From IMG/VR virus record IMGVR_UViG_3300024999_000025, positions 1-38,180 of that record: a stretch of DNA of 38,180 nucleotides; one strand, 5' to 3'. Below the pieces are notes generated by a model. It searched no databases and was not told the DNA's origin. It saw only the letters and a list, made by a program, of their open reading frames with translations. Position numbers and translations under genes: made by a program. Origin of the DNA: a virus. Its lineage: Duplodnaviria > Caudoviricetes. Below, piece by piece: positions 1 to 7,951 of this stretch (position 1 is its first letter; every line of letters begins with the position of its first letter).

Positions 1-127
1 CAGGAAGTCTTTTTAACCTCCTGCCCATGGTGAGTGCAGTTATATTTCTGCTATTTTTTCTTTCAGTGTTTCTATGCTCATTAGGTGAGCTGATTTAATG
101 CCAATCTCTTTTGCTTTCTTGACTAAA
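1..127. repeat. Terminal direct repeat, left copy (circular assembly overlap)
   Basis: caggaagtct...cttgactaaa identical to 38054-38180. Confidence 0.97.
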
Positions 128-240
128 TCGGCTTTTTCGTCTGTAGTTTCGTCTAATGTAACAAACCCTTCACGCTCAAATATATTGAACGTGTTAGGGT
201 CTGTAACTTCGACTATGTGACCGTTTTTCTCGAATTTCAT
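40..240 (-). CDS. Small capsid-associated protein with C-terminal HeH/Rho-N-like helical motif
   Basis: Directly after MCP; LVKKAKEIGIKSAHLMSIETLKEKI resembles the short helix-extension-helix tails common at this position. Confidence 0.55.
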   Translation of the reverse strand: MKFEKNGHIVEVTDPNTFNIFEREGFVTLDETTDEKADLVKKAKEIGIKSAHLMSIETLKEKIAEI

Positions 241-251
241 AAGTCACCTTC

Positions 252-1082
252 CTATGCTATTTTATGAGCGTATAAAGCGTTCTTTTTCTGTTCAAGTACA
301 AAGCAATCATAAATTTGCCTACCTTCGATAAGGTGTCCTGAAATTCCAGGAGGGTCTTGGTGTACTTTGTATTCATCAAGCTTCTTAGGAGATACAGAAC
401 ACTTCGGATGTATCAATACAAACGCATGGTTAGCAGGGAAATAGGACGAAGGAACTTTAACCATCTTCACATTGTCCACTTCGCCTACTTGCCCGTTTAT
501 CAGCATTTTCTGCGAAATGTCGCTATATTTAACGAAAGTGCTGTCCTGCTTTATGAAATTGTAGTACGCAGGAGTACAGAAACATATTCTGCCCTCTACT
601 GGAACCTTGTCCTCGTCAAGTGCAGCTTGTGCGTTCAGTAACATTAAATAAGCATTTGAAGCTGTTACTGCTGTAGTTGCTGTATGGCTGTTTGCAATAG
701 CTGCAGCACTCCATGTTGCAAGTCTGTATGTGTCAATCTCAGGTATAATAACCTCATTTGTCTGTCTTGATAGGAATTTGCCAGATGATTTAATCATCAA
801 CTGCTCTGTGTTGTTGCCTTTGTCTATTGTAGTACTAAATGACCTATCTTTTGACAGAGTATAGTCTGCCTTAGTATCACCTAATTCTGTAGGTGTGCCG
901 TATCTGTTTGCACCTGTTCTTGTGTAGTTGTTCATCGTGGCATTGTCTATGCTGAATACTGAAATGGTTTTTACACCAGTCCAGTCATATTCAGTGTTTA
1001 GCCCAATGTTTTCTGTGAATGATTTTAGTACAAACCTTTCGTCTACCTTATTTGAATATTTGCTTGCTAAATTTATAGCCAT
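252..1082 (-). CDS. Major capsid protein
   Basis: 276 aa after scaffold; MAINLASKYSNKVDERF start and LDEDKVPVEGR / IEGRQIYDCFV motifs typical of Firmicutes phage MCPs; AAGGAG RBS. Confidence 0.9.
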   Translation of the reverse strand: MAINLASKYSNKVDERFVLKSFTENIGLNTEYDWTGVKTISVFSIDNATMNNYTRTGANRYGTPTELGDTKADYTLSKDRSFSTTIDKGNNTEQLMIKSSGKFLSRQTNEVIIPEIDTYRLATWSAAAIANSHTATTAVTASNAYLMLLNAQAALDEDKVPVEGRICFCTPAYYNFIKQDSTFVKYSDISQKMLINGQVGEVDNVKMVKVPSSYFPANHAFVLIHPKCSVSPKKLDEYKVHQDPPGISGHLIEGRQIYDCFVLEQKKNALYAHKIA

Positions 1083-1098
1083 AATTCATCTCTCCTTT

Positions 1099-1893
1099 TT
1101 AATCTTCGTCAAATCCATCCAAGAAATCATCGTGCGCAGTACTTCCACTTCCATGAGTAGATACACCGCCAATAGGTGCTTTCTTAGCGTTTTGCTCGTT
1201 TTGTTTTAGTATTTTAAGTTCTTCTTGCAGTTCTTGATTTTTCTGCATTGTGTATGCCGCTGTTAAATCAATACCAGAATTAACCTTTTCCCAAGTTTCA
1301 GGCTTTATCATTTCGGCTGTTACTCCGGAATAGTTTTCAGCAAATTTGGCATACATTTCAGTTTCTTTTTCTTTTTGTGTAAATGTTAATTCTTTTTCAG
1401 CTACAGCCTTTTCTTTTTTAGTCAACTCGTAATCCTTTTGAATCTGCTGTGGTGTTAAACCTTGTGATTCGGCTGCACGTTCGTAGTAAGTGCTGTAAAG
1501 AGCGTCTAATAATTCGTCATCGGACTGGTAGCCTAATAACTCACTGACCTCTTGCACTTTGCTGTACTTTGACAATGCAGGATTGGATTGAATTTCGTTG
1601 AATTTTTCCTGCAGCTTGTCATAGTTCATCCCCTTTTGACCTAGAGTGGTGAGTTCTTCTAGTGTGACTTCCTTTTCCTCATGGTTGTATTTCAATTTGT
1701 ATTTAGGGGATTCTGTTACCTCGTCGGCTGGTTTGGTATCCTCTGCCTTTTCGGTAGATTCTTTAGTTTCGGTAGTTTCTTCTGTATCCATATCATCATC
1801 TATAGTTTCGTGTGTTACATCTTCAAAACCGTCACTACCTTCGACTAATTCTGTTTCTTCGCTCAAATCTGGTTGTTTGAACATATCATTCAT
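1099..1893 (-). CDS. Capsid scaffolding protein
   Basis: Acidic N-terminus, KLKYNHEEKEV and QKGMNYDK motifs, C-terminal DDFLDGF; between portal and MCP; start moved to ATG 1893 after AAGGAG. Confidence 0.85.
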   Translation of the reverse strand: MNDMFKQPDLSEETELVEGSDGFEDVTHETIDDDMDTEETTETKESTEKAEDTKPADEVTESPKYKLKYNHEEKEVTLEELTTLGQKGMNYDKLQEKFNEIQSNPALSKYSKVQEVSELLGYQSDDELLDALYSTYYERAAESQGLTPQQIQKDYELTKKEKAVAEKELTFTQKEKETEMYAKFAENYSGVTAEMIKPETWEKVNSGIDLTAAYTMQKNQELQEELKILKQNEQNAKKAPIGGVSTHGSGSTAHDDFLDGFDED

Positions 1894-1948
1894 TTTTTTC
1901 TCCTTCTGCCTATGGTATGGCATGTTTTTTACAATAAAAAAACAGCTG

Positions 1949-3802
1949 TTACGCTGCTCCTACTGACATTGAATTTTTAATATCTTCTTGCATCAACTGC
2001 ATTATCGTTTTTTGTTGTTCTTCTTCTGTTGGTAAACTAAGTATTTTCTGGCGTATTTCTTCTGGTTGAGCTTCCAACCAATCAGCCATTTTTTCGAATT
2101 GTTTTTCTTGTATCTGGGCTTTTTGTTGTTGATTTTCTTGTGCTGCTTGGTCTTGGCTTTGTTTTTCTATTATTTGTTGTTGCTCAATTGTTTGTTGCTG
2201 TTCTATTTGCTTTTTAAGATTATCCTTTACCCTGTCGATTAGTTCCTCATTGCGGTAATTGCTCGGCAATGTTTCAAGGTAATCAATCATAGTAAACAAT
2301 GGGTCATTACGATTCAGCATGTTATCCAACATTTGCATCTGTGCAACTTCGCTGTAAAATGACGATGGACCAACATCACATTTGACAGTTAACCAAAGAT
2401 TTTTAAACACAGAGAAGTCATACATTATCTTTTGCCTAACTCCATCAATATTTACTATTATTGGTCTTACTCCGTAATTAGTCCCCATTAAGTCTAAGCA
2501 AATACGACCTATGTCCTCTATAAACTCGTATAGGTTTGACTTGGGATTTTCTACAGGGATTGAAGCTTGTCTTACTGTTTGGGCTATAGCCACGCCTGAT
2601 GCTTGCTCTGGGTTTATATTTCCTAGTGCTGCATCATTAATACCTAGCATTTCTTTGGTGTACTGTATAGCCATATCAATTACTTTAATTATTTCAGCAC
2701 TCATTGCCCCAGGTTGGAGTTGACCAACATAGTTCATTATATTTTCGCCCGGCAATGCTCCTTTAACACCGATACTTCCGGCTATCATGTTTGTGATTCC
2801 GGCTATCTTATCAGCATTATATATACGCTTTGGAAATGCTGCATTCATCAGGTGGTACATAACCATAGCAAACTGGCGATTAATATATATTTGATTAGGG
2901 ATAATGTCAGTACATAAAGCTCTACCATGATATTGATTCTCTTGTTTTTCCCAAGGGAAACCAGCTACAGGATAATTATCTAATTCCAAGTCAACATCTT
3001 TAAACATATAAGCTGTTTCAGTGCATTTTGTGGCAATAATTGCATCTTTGTCAGCATCATAAGTGTAAATTATCATGTAAAGCGATTTTCCAGTGTTACC
3101 TTCAGGCTGTATTTCTATCTGTGCCATTTCGCCAGCTTCATACTGATAGTTTGTATCGGATTGTATTTGGTCTGCTTCTGATTTATATTTTCTGTACCTC
3201 TTGGCTTCTCTTATAAGTGTTTTTGTCATTTCCCTTCCGGTTACAATTACATAAGGCTGAACATACTTATCTATTGTTGGATTGTTTGGATTGCCTAGAA
3301 ATACATTTGTACCGTTTAACAATTCAAAACATATCTCGCCTTTGGCACCGCCTAACATACCTCTATATGGCTTTTTGTTCATATCAAAGTATAAATGAGC
3401 GTAACAATCACCCATCTGCGCAGCTTTAAAGCATGCATCTCTTATGCGGTTATCCATCTTAAACTTTTCAAATAAGTTTTCTATCTCTCCATTTGCTATA
3501 TCTGCTGCTTTCTGTTGTTCTTGCATTTCAGGCGTTTGCTTGGTTTCATCATCTGCATACAAAAGAGGTTTAAGCTTAATAGCAAGCTTACTAGAGGTTA
3601 TCATTGCCACAAGGAATGTAATTGCCCTCTTGATGATGTTAAACACTGGTGTCGGCATACCATTTGATTCTACATTCTTCCATTGGTTGCCGTTATACAT
3701 TTCAATATTAAGGTTTACGCTGTCATTGTATGGCGGTTCTAGGCTTGCGTTGTACCGCCTGCCATCAAGCATTTTTTGCCATTCGTCTAAGTATTCTTTC
3801 AA
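1949..3802 (-). CDS. Portal protein (P22-like)
   Basis: 617 aa downstream of terL; YNGNQW, PVFNIIKR and SGVAIA motifs; Gln-rich coiled-coil C-terminus. Confidence 0.88.
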   Translation of the reverse strand: MKEYLDEWQKMLDGRRYNASLEPPYNDSVNLNIEMYNGNQWKNVESNGMPTPVFNIIKRAITFLVAMITSSKLAIKLKPLLYADDETKQTPEMQEQQKAADIANGEIENLFEKFKMDNRIRDACFKAAQMGDCYAHLYFDMNKKPYRGMLGGAKGEICFELLNGTNVFLGNPNNPTIDKYVQPYVIVTGREMTKTLIREAKRYRKYKSEADQIQSDTNYQYEAGEMAQIEIQPEGNTGKSLYMIIYTYDADKDAIIATKCTETAYMFKDVDLELDNYPVAGFPWEKQENQYHGRALCTDIIPNQIYINRQFAMVMYHLMNAAFPKRIYNADKIAGITNMIAGSIGVKGALPGENIMNYVGQLQPGAMSAEIIKVIDMAIQYTKEMLGINDAALGNINPEQASGVAIAQTVRQASIPVENPKSNLYEFIEDIGRICLDLMGTNYGVRPIIVNIDGVRQKIMYDFSVFKNLWLTVKCDVGPSSFYSEVAQMQMLDNMLNRNDPLFTMIDYLETLPSNYRNEELIDRVKDNLKKQIEQQQTIEQQQIIEKQSQDQAAQENQQQKAQIQEKQFEKMADWLEAQPEEIRQKILSLPTEEEQQKTIMQLMQEDIKNSMSVGAA

Positions 3803-3994
3803 TTAATCACACCCCCTATAATTGCATTTATCATTTTGCCATGCTCCGCAACCCTCTTGAGGGCATTCCATCATATTAAAAGTCACAATATAATTTTCAT
3901 TATTACCTTTTATAATTCCAGTATCTTCATTTACCAAATCGTTAATATATTGTTTTGCACATATTTCTGATTTTCGGTTATAAGGACATATCAA
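3803..3994 (-). CDS. Small Cys-rich hypothetical protein
   Basis: MICP...ECPQEGCGAW...C; translationally coupled to neighbours. Confidence 0.65.
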   Translation of the reverse strand: MICPYNRKSEICAKQYINDLVNEDTGIIKGNNENYIVTFNMMECPQEGCGAWQNDKCNYRGCD

Positions 3995-4203
3995 TTATTC
4001 GCCCTCCTTCCTATTGCCACATCATAATCATAGTTAAGTACGTTTTCCATGCCCTTGACGTGCTTTTTAAAAGCTTCTTCCTCTTCTTTGGTTAGTTTAG
4101 TCACTACATCAATTTTCTTTTGTCTATGCCCCATATAATAAGCTGTATAATGGGATATAAAAAGAAGCACCATTGCTGATGCTCCTATAAGTGCTTCTAT
4201 CAT
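3991..4203 (-). CDS. Small membrane-anchored hypothetical protein
   Basis: N-terminal hydrophobic helix, NVLNYD motif, GAGGTG RBS. Confidence 0.7.
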   Translation of the reverse strand: MIEALIGASAMVLLFISHYTAYYMGHRQKKIDVVTKLTKEEEEAFKKHVKGMENVLNYDYDVAIGRRANN

Positions 4204-4337
4204 TTATTTGTCACCTCTTTTATAATAGGTTTAAACTCAACTTCTTTTATTGTATATCCATTGTAAACCCATAACTTCATTCCATCAGTAATGTATTTAT
4301 TCCCTTGGAATATATAAATTTGCAAGTTCGTGTTCAT
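4200..4337 (-). CDS. Hypothetical protein, 45 aa
   Basis: ATG at 4337 behind AGGTGGTGAG; stop overlaps next start. Confidence 0.55.
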   Translation of the reverse strand: MNTNLQIYIFQGNKYITDGMKLWVYNGYTIKEVEFKPIIKEVTNK

Positions 4338-4341
4338 ATTC

Positions 4342-5952
4342 TCACCACCTAAATATTTCATTTGGTACATTTCTACCCATATCATCAAGCATTTTTTCAA
4401 ATTTACCTTCTTCGCTTTCGGGGTCAATTTCTTTTGGTATATCTGCTTTATAGTTTCTCATTATACAAAACCCTCTCAATGCGTCTGGTGCATGTGTTAT
4501 TTCGTGAGGCTGTGTATCTACATCGTTCGGGTTATCCTCGCATTGTTTTAATTGCGGTAAACATCTTATAAGGTTGGTACAATTATTAAATATTTTCAAC
4601 TTAGAAGTCTTTATTCTTTCTCCTGTTTGTTCATCTCTTGTTTCAGACACTTTTAGAAACTCTTTAACAGCTAACCAACCATCCTCCCTGTCATTACTTG
4701 ATGGATAACACTCCTCGCCGCACTCTCTAAATATATCCATTGCACTTCTGCCTGTTTCTTGTCGTCTATTATCTAAGTCAGGCGGTGCATACTTATGATA
4801 TATTTTATCCTTCCCATTGACTTCCTTTATTCTCTTGGCGGCTTCTGATATTATTAAATCGCTCTCATATAATTCTTTATATACATATACATTCTCTTGC
4901 ATGTCTATTGCAAACCATAGATTAGCCAACATATCAAGCCCATAGTCTTTAGATGTGTATCGGTTCCAGTGGTCAGGGATGGGGAATGGTTCAATTACAT
5001 GTATGTCTTTTCTGAACTCTTTAAAAAAGTGATTGCCATACATCCCCCATTGCCCTAGCGCATATACGTTAAACTCCTCTGGATTGTCTTGCTGCTGTTT
5101 AAGTAGTGTCTGACTGTATGTATCGTCTATAAACTTATTATCTAGGTATGTTGAGTGCATTATAAGCGTATTGACTTTATACCGTTCTACGTCCTTATTC
5201 AGTTTGTCGTCCCATATATTAATCTTTTCTGAAAAATCCGGTAATATAACATTCTTGTAATATGTGCAATCATCAAAATGTTGTTTGCCACATAGCATTA
5301 ATTGACCAGATTCTTTTCTGTCGAAGAATAATGGCTTCATGTAGCAAGTTTCATGCACTGGATTAAAACTGAATGATATTTGCATATACTTTTCAGTTCC
5401 GTTTTTGTTCTTGCCTTGATATCCTCTTAATCTTCTTTCAATCTCTCTTAGCGATGCAGGCTCAATCTGGTCTGCTTCTTCTAACCATGCCCCAGTTATA
5501 TCAAATATTGATTTAAGTTTGTCGGGATCATCAAGTCCCCAAAATATAAACTGGTTCCCTTTTGGCAGGTATGTTATTGATTCATGTCCTTTGCTAAGAT
5601 TAATCTTCCATTCGCCTTTTGCAAAGCTTTCTTTATACCTTGCTTTTATCCTAGATACTATTAGTGGTACTTGCGATTCACTTATTTGCTTTTGTTCTGC
5701 TCTACTGCAAAGGAATCTATGGCCATCTTCCTCAAATACTCTATCTATATGCTTATCGGCTATCTCGTAAGACTTACCAGAGCCAGATCCACCTATTAAA
5801 ACAGCGTACCGTCCTTTAAACTGACGATACGCCTCGTATATTTCGTTACGTTGTTTTGCTCTCTCCTTCGCCTCTGCCAGACATTTTTTAAAGTTGTATA
5901 GATATGTATTAATACTATCACCTCTATTGTTTAGGCTCACTTGGTTTTGCAT
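4342..5952 (-). CDS. terL: Terminase large subunit
   Basis: Walker A GGSGSGKS, Walker B WLEEA, SFNP, HSTYLDN, nuclease motifs DYG and HAPDALR; start uncertain (possibly ATT at 5913). Confidence 0.95.
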   Translation of the reverse strand: MQNQVSLNNRGDSINTYLYNFKKCLAEAKERAKQRNEIYEAYRQFKGRYAVLIGGSGSGKSYEIADKHIDRVFEEDGHRFLCSRAEQKQISESQVPLIVSRIKARYKESFAKGEWKINLSKGHESITYLPKGNQFIFWGLDDPDKLKSIFDITGAWLEEADQIEPASLREIERRLRGYQGKNKNGTEKYMQISFSFNPVHETCYMKPLFFDRKESGQLMLCGKQHFDDCTYYKNVILPDFSEKINIWDDKLNKDVERYKVNTLIMHSTYLDNKFIDDTYSQTLLKQQQDNPEEFNVYALGQWGMYGNHFFKEFRKDIHVIEPFPIPDHWNRYTSKDYGLDMLANLWFAIDMQENVYVYKELYESDLIISEAAKRIKEVNGKDKIYHKYAPPDLDNRRQETGRSAMDIFRECGEECYPSSNDREDGWLAVKEFLKVSETRDEQTGERIKTSKLKIFNNCTNLIRCLPQLKQCEDNPNDVDTQPHEITHAPDALRGFCIMRNYKADIPKEIDPESEEGKFEKMLDDMGRNVPNEIFRW

Positions 5953-6049
5953 AGCCTAATTTTACTAGCACTCCAAAACATTTTTGCACGGTAGACAATT
6001 TTATGTCGTATTTTTTAGCGCAATCTTTTGCTTTAATTATCTTATCCAT
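5924..6049 (-). CDS. 41-aa mini winged-HTH-like protein (not in ORF track)
   Basis: MDKIIKAKDCAKKYDIKLSTVQKCFGVLVKLGYAKPSEPKQ; AGGAG RBS. Confidence 0.55.
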   Translation of the reverse strand: MDKIIKAKDCAKKYDIKLSTVQKCFGVLVKLGYAKPSEPKQ

Positions 6050-6065
6050 CTTACTCACTCCTTAT

Positions 6066-6140
6066 AATAATCAGCCTACCCCATAGCCACGCTTATTTGG
6101 TGCTATGCCTTGTGCTGCCCACCATCCTCGGCTGTTTATT
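6066..6140 (-). ncRNA. Putative structured RNA (multi-stem hairpin)
   Basis: Outer stem AATAAACAGCC/GGCTGATTATT, inner stem CATAGC/GCTATG; GC-rich intergenic segment. Confidence 0.35.
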
Positions 6141-6143
6141 GCT

Positions 6144-6343
6144 TAATGTGGGTAAGGATTTGCACCTTACAAAATATAAGATAGGCGTGTTGCGACGCCT
6201 TGTTTTATTTGGTCGAGGGTAGTAGAATTAAACTACTACCGAGCAAGCCACTCCTGCTAGTGCTATCGTTACACCAACCCTCGATTTATACGCTTGCTCT
6301 CTCTTATATCTGATTATCGTCTACCTATTCCGCCACCACATTA
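6144..6343 (-). ncRNA. tRNA-like shell (Leu/Ser-type D- and T-arms) with a large insertion at the anticodon arm
   Basis: Acceptor TAATGTGG/CCACATTA, D-region TGGCGGAATAGGTAGACG, stem ATATAAGA/TCTTATAT, GCAA-loop hairpin AGGCGT/ACGCCT, T-arm GTAAGG-TGCAAAT-CCTTAC. Confidence 0.7.
6210..6284 (-). tRNA. Degenerate tRNA-His(GTG)-like gene nested inside the shell
   Basis: T-CGAGGGT/ACCCTCG-A-CCA; D-arm GTGT/GCAC; anticodon arm AGCAG-GAGTGGC-TTGCT; T-arm AGTAG-TTTAATT-CTACT; lacks U33, the D-loop GG and TTC. Confidence 0.7.
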
Positions 6344-6357
6344 TTGCTTATATAGGG

Positions 6358-6516
6358 TCATACTTTGGCATTATAATACTTGCTAAGCAATGTGCTTGAT
6401 GCATCGTAAAGTTTTTTATATTCTTCTCCGATAATCTTATAAAATTCTAACTCTTTTATTTTTTCTTGCAACATTATAACATATTCTTCTGTGTAAATTA
6501 TTGGTTCTTCGCTCAC
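6358..6516 (-). CDS. Micro-gene array member, coiled-coil, 52 aa
   Basis: GTG start supplied by junction repeat GAGGGGGAGTAAGAGTG. Confidence 0.65.
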   Translation of the reverse strand: MSEEPIIYTEEYVIMLQEKIKELEFYKIIGEEYKKLYDASSTLLSKYYNAKV

Positions 6517-6544
6517 TCTTACTCCCCCTCTATGCTTATAGGCC

Positions 6545-6763
6545 CTATTTAGCAATTAACTTTTTAGGGTTTTTGCTCTCTACAAATTTATAAAACGTAT
6601 TTACGTTATTAACAAACTTATTTAATATCATCATTTTGTGATTTTTAGGATAGTCATAATAATAAGGATAGTCCGACAGTAATATCCGTCTAAACTCTCC
6701 TTGGTTTATATTTACTTTGCCATGTTGCAGTATGCTTGCTTCGAATACGTCTACTACATCCAC
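6545..6763 (-). CDS. Micro-gene array member, 72 aa
   Basis: GTG start inside junction repeat. Confidence 0.7.
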   Translation of the reverse strand: MDVVDVFEASILQHGKVNINQGEFRRILLSDYPYYYDYPKNHKMMILNKFVNNVNTFYKFVESKNPKKLIAK

Positions 6764-6765
6764 TC

Positions 6766-6933
6766 TTACTCCCCCTCTATGCTTAAAGGCTTAGTTTGCT
6801 CTAATATTGCCTTTTGCAACTCTGCATCTAGCTTGTCGTAATTGTCTCTAGTCTGGTCGTTGTTTGTTACGCTACACACGTATGCTGCTTGTCTAACAGC
6901 TCTCTCTAGTTCAGATATCTTTGTCCCAGCCAT
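6766..6933 (-). CDS. Micro-gene array member, 55 aa
   Basis: MAGTKISELE...KPLSIEGE; start and stop both lie in repeat copies. Confidence 0.7.
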   Translation of the reverse strand: MAGTKISELERAVRQAAYVCSVTNNDQTRDNYDKLDAELQKAILEQTKPLSIEGE

Positions 6934-6962
6934 TCTTACTCCCCCCTCTATGCTTATAGGCT

Positions 6963-7103
6963 TTACTTGCAAGATAGCCGTTTTATTTCTTTTGCTCTGC
7001 GTATGTATTCGGCATCACTTAATCCCATCACCCAAAACCTTGTTTTTTCTCCAGTTGATAAAGTAACCGTTACTTCTTCGTCGTATCTTTCGACTATATC
7101 CAT
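6963..7103 (-). CDS. Micro-gene array member, 46 aa (not in ORF track)
   Basis: MDIVERYDEEVTVTLSTGEKTRFWVMGLSDAEYIRRAKEIKRLSCK. Confidence 0.65.
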   Translation of the reverse strand: MDIVERYDEEVTVTLSTGEKTRFWVMGLSDAEYIRRAKEIKRLSCK

Positions 7104-7265
7104 TTACTTATCCCCCTCTATGCTTAATAAATTATATAGTTTTGCCATATCCTTGCTTATAGTTTGGACTAATGCAATCTGCTTGCCAGTCAACCCGCTG
7201 TGAAATAATTCTGTCATGTGCGAATCTATTGATGCAAAAAGCACTTCGATTTCTTCTTTATCCAT
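7104..7265 (-). CDS. Micro-gene array member, 53 aa (not in ORF track)
   Basis: MDKEEIEVLFASIDSH...LLSIEGDK; stop abuts next ATG. Confidence 0.65.
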   Translation of the reverse strand: MDKEEIEVLFASIDSHMTELFHSGLTGKQIALVQTISKDMAKLYNLLSIEGDK

Positions 7266-7437
7266 TTACTTCTCCCTCTATATACTCCCTATACTCTGCC
7301 ACTCTATGCTCTCTTATAGGTATACTCTTGCCTAGCTGCGTGAATATAAACCTAAAGGCGAAAGGTTTCTCGCCTTTGGCTACTATGTACGGTTCTGTGC
7401 GTAGTAGTTGTTTTAGTCTACCGTGGTACGGAAACAT
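7258..7437 (-). CDS. Micro-gene array member, 59 aa, with YH and PIREHR motifs
   Basis: GAGGTG RBS then MFPYHGRLKQ...SIPIREHRVAEYREYIEGEVNG. Confidence 0.65.
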   Translation of the reverse strand: MFPYHGRLKQLLRTEPYIVAKGEKPFAFRFIFTQLGKSIPIREHRVAEYREYIEGEVNG

Positions 7438-7600
7438 CGTTTTGCACCTCCACATTAATTTTGGCATGCAATCCGCAAAATACAAGGTAATTAGCCAAAG
7501 ACATATTGTTATCCTTGGCTTTTTGTGTGAGTTCTTTGTGTATTTTATTATCAACTAAAAAGCTTATTCCAGTTTGTGTTGTTTTTTGTTCGCGTGGCAT
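7418..7600 (-). CDS. Ribbon-helix-helix (Arc/CopG-like) regulator, cassette 1
   Basis: ISFLVD strand then HKELTQKAKDNNMSLANYL; paralog of 8764-8928. Confidence 0.75.
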   Translation of the reverse strand: MPREQKTTQTGISFLVDNKIHKELTQKAKDNNMSLANYLVFCGLHAKINVEVQNDVSVPR

Positions 7601-7616
7601 TTATTATCCCACCTTC

Positions 7617-7871
7617 TCAAGTATGATCATAGGCACTTTTTACTAGTTTTTCTATCGATTTTCCACCGCCACCCATTGGAGTTTCTTTATTAATATAAGT
7701 TCCTGCCATTGATAAGCCAAGATTTTCGCACCTTACTACATGCAAACATCCAAAATCTTTATTTTCGCATACTTTATACATTGCAGTTCGTTTGCCTTTT
7801 TTTATTATAAATAATTCTTCACGCTTAGGTAAGTTGTTTGTAATTTCGTCAAAGTTTTCAATCGTTATCAT
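7617..7871 (-). CDS. Hypothetical cargo protein, cassette 1
   Basis: First gene after promoter; GAGAGGGG RBS. Confidence 0.75.
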   Translation of the reverse strand: MITIENFDEITNNLPKREELFIIKKGKRTAMYKVCENKDFGCLHVVRCENLGLSMAGTYINKETPMGGGGKSIEKLVKSAYDHT

Positions 7872-7902
7872 ATTATTATCCCCTCTCGTATTTGATAATA
7901 CA

Positions 7903-7932
7903 AATATATCACTAGTACAGTACTAGTGTCAA
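7903..7932 (-). promoter_or_regulatory. sigmaA-type promoter with palindromic operator in the spacer
   Basis: TTGACA-18-TATATT; perfect IR CACTAGTAC-A-GTACTAGTG at 7910-7928. Confidence 0.8.
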
Positions 7933-7951
7933 TGGGGCAATCAAAAATATT

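Larger units (their letters stand above)
6514..7281 (-). repeat. Dispersed ~30-bp gene-junction repeat, 5 copies (6514-6543, 6761-6790, 6931-6961, 7101-7126, 7263-7281)
   Basis: Minus-strand consensus GCCTATAAGCATAGAGGGGGAGTAAGA(G/A)TG; first three copies near-identical, last two diverged. Confidence 0.9.

Noticed and set aside
5150-5320. Intein in TerL
   Set aside because: The insertion is too short and lacks N-terminal Cys/Ser and C-terminal His-Asn splice motifs
6514-7281. ~30-bp repeats as a CRISPR array or integron attC sites
   Set aside because: Spacers are 140-220 bp protein-coding ORFs, the repeat is non-palindromic and SD-containing, and no cas or tyrosine integrase gene is present
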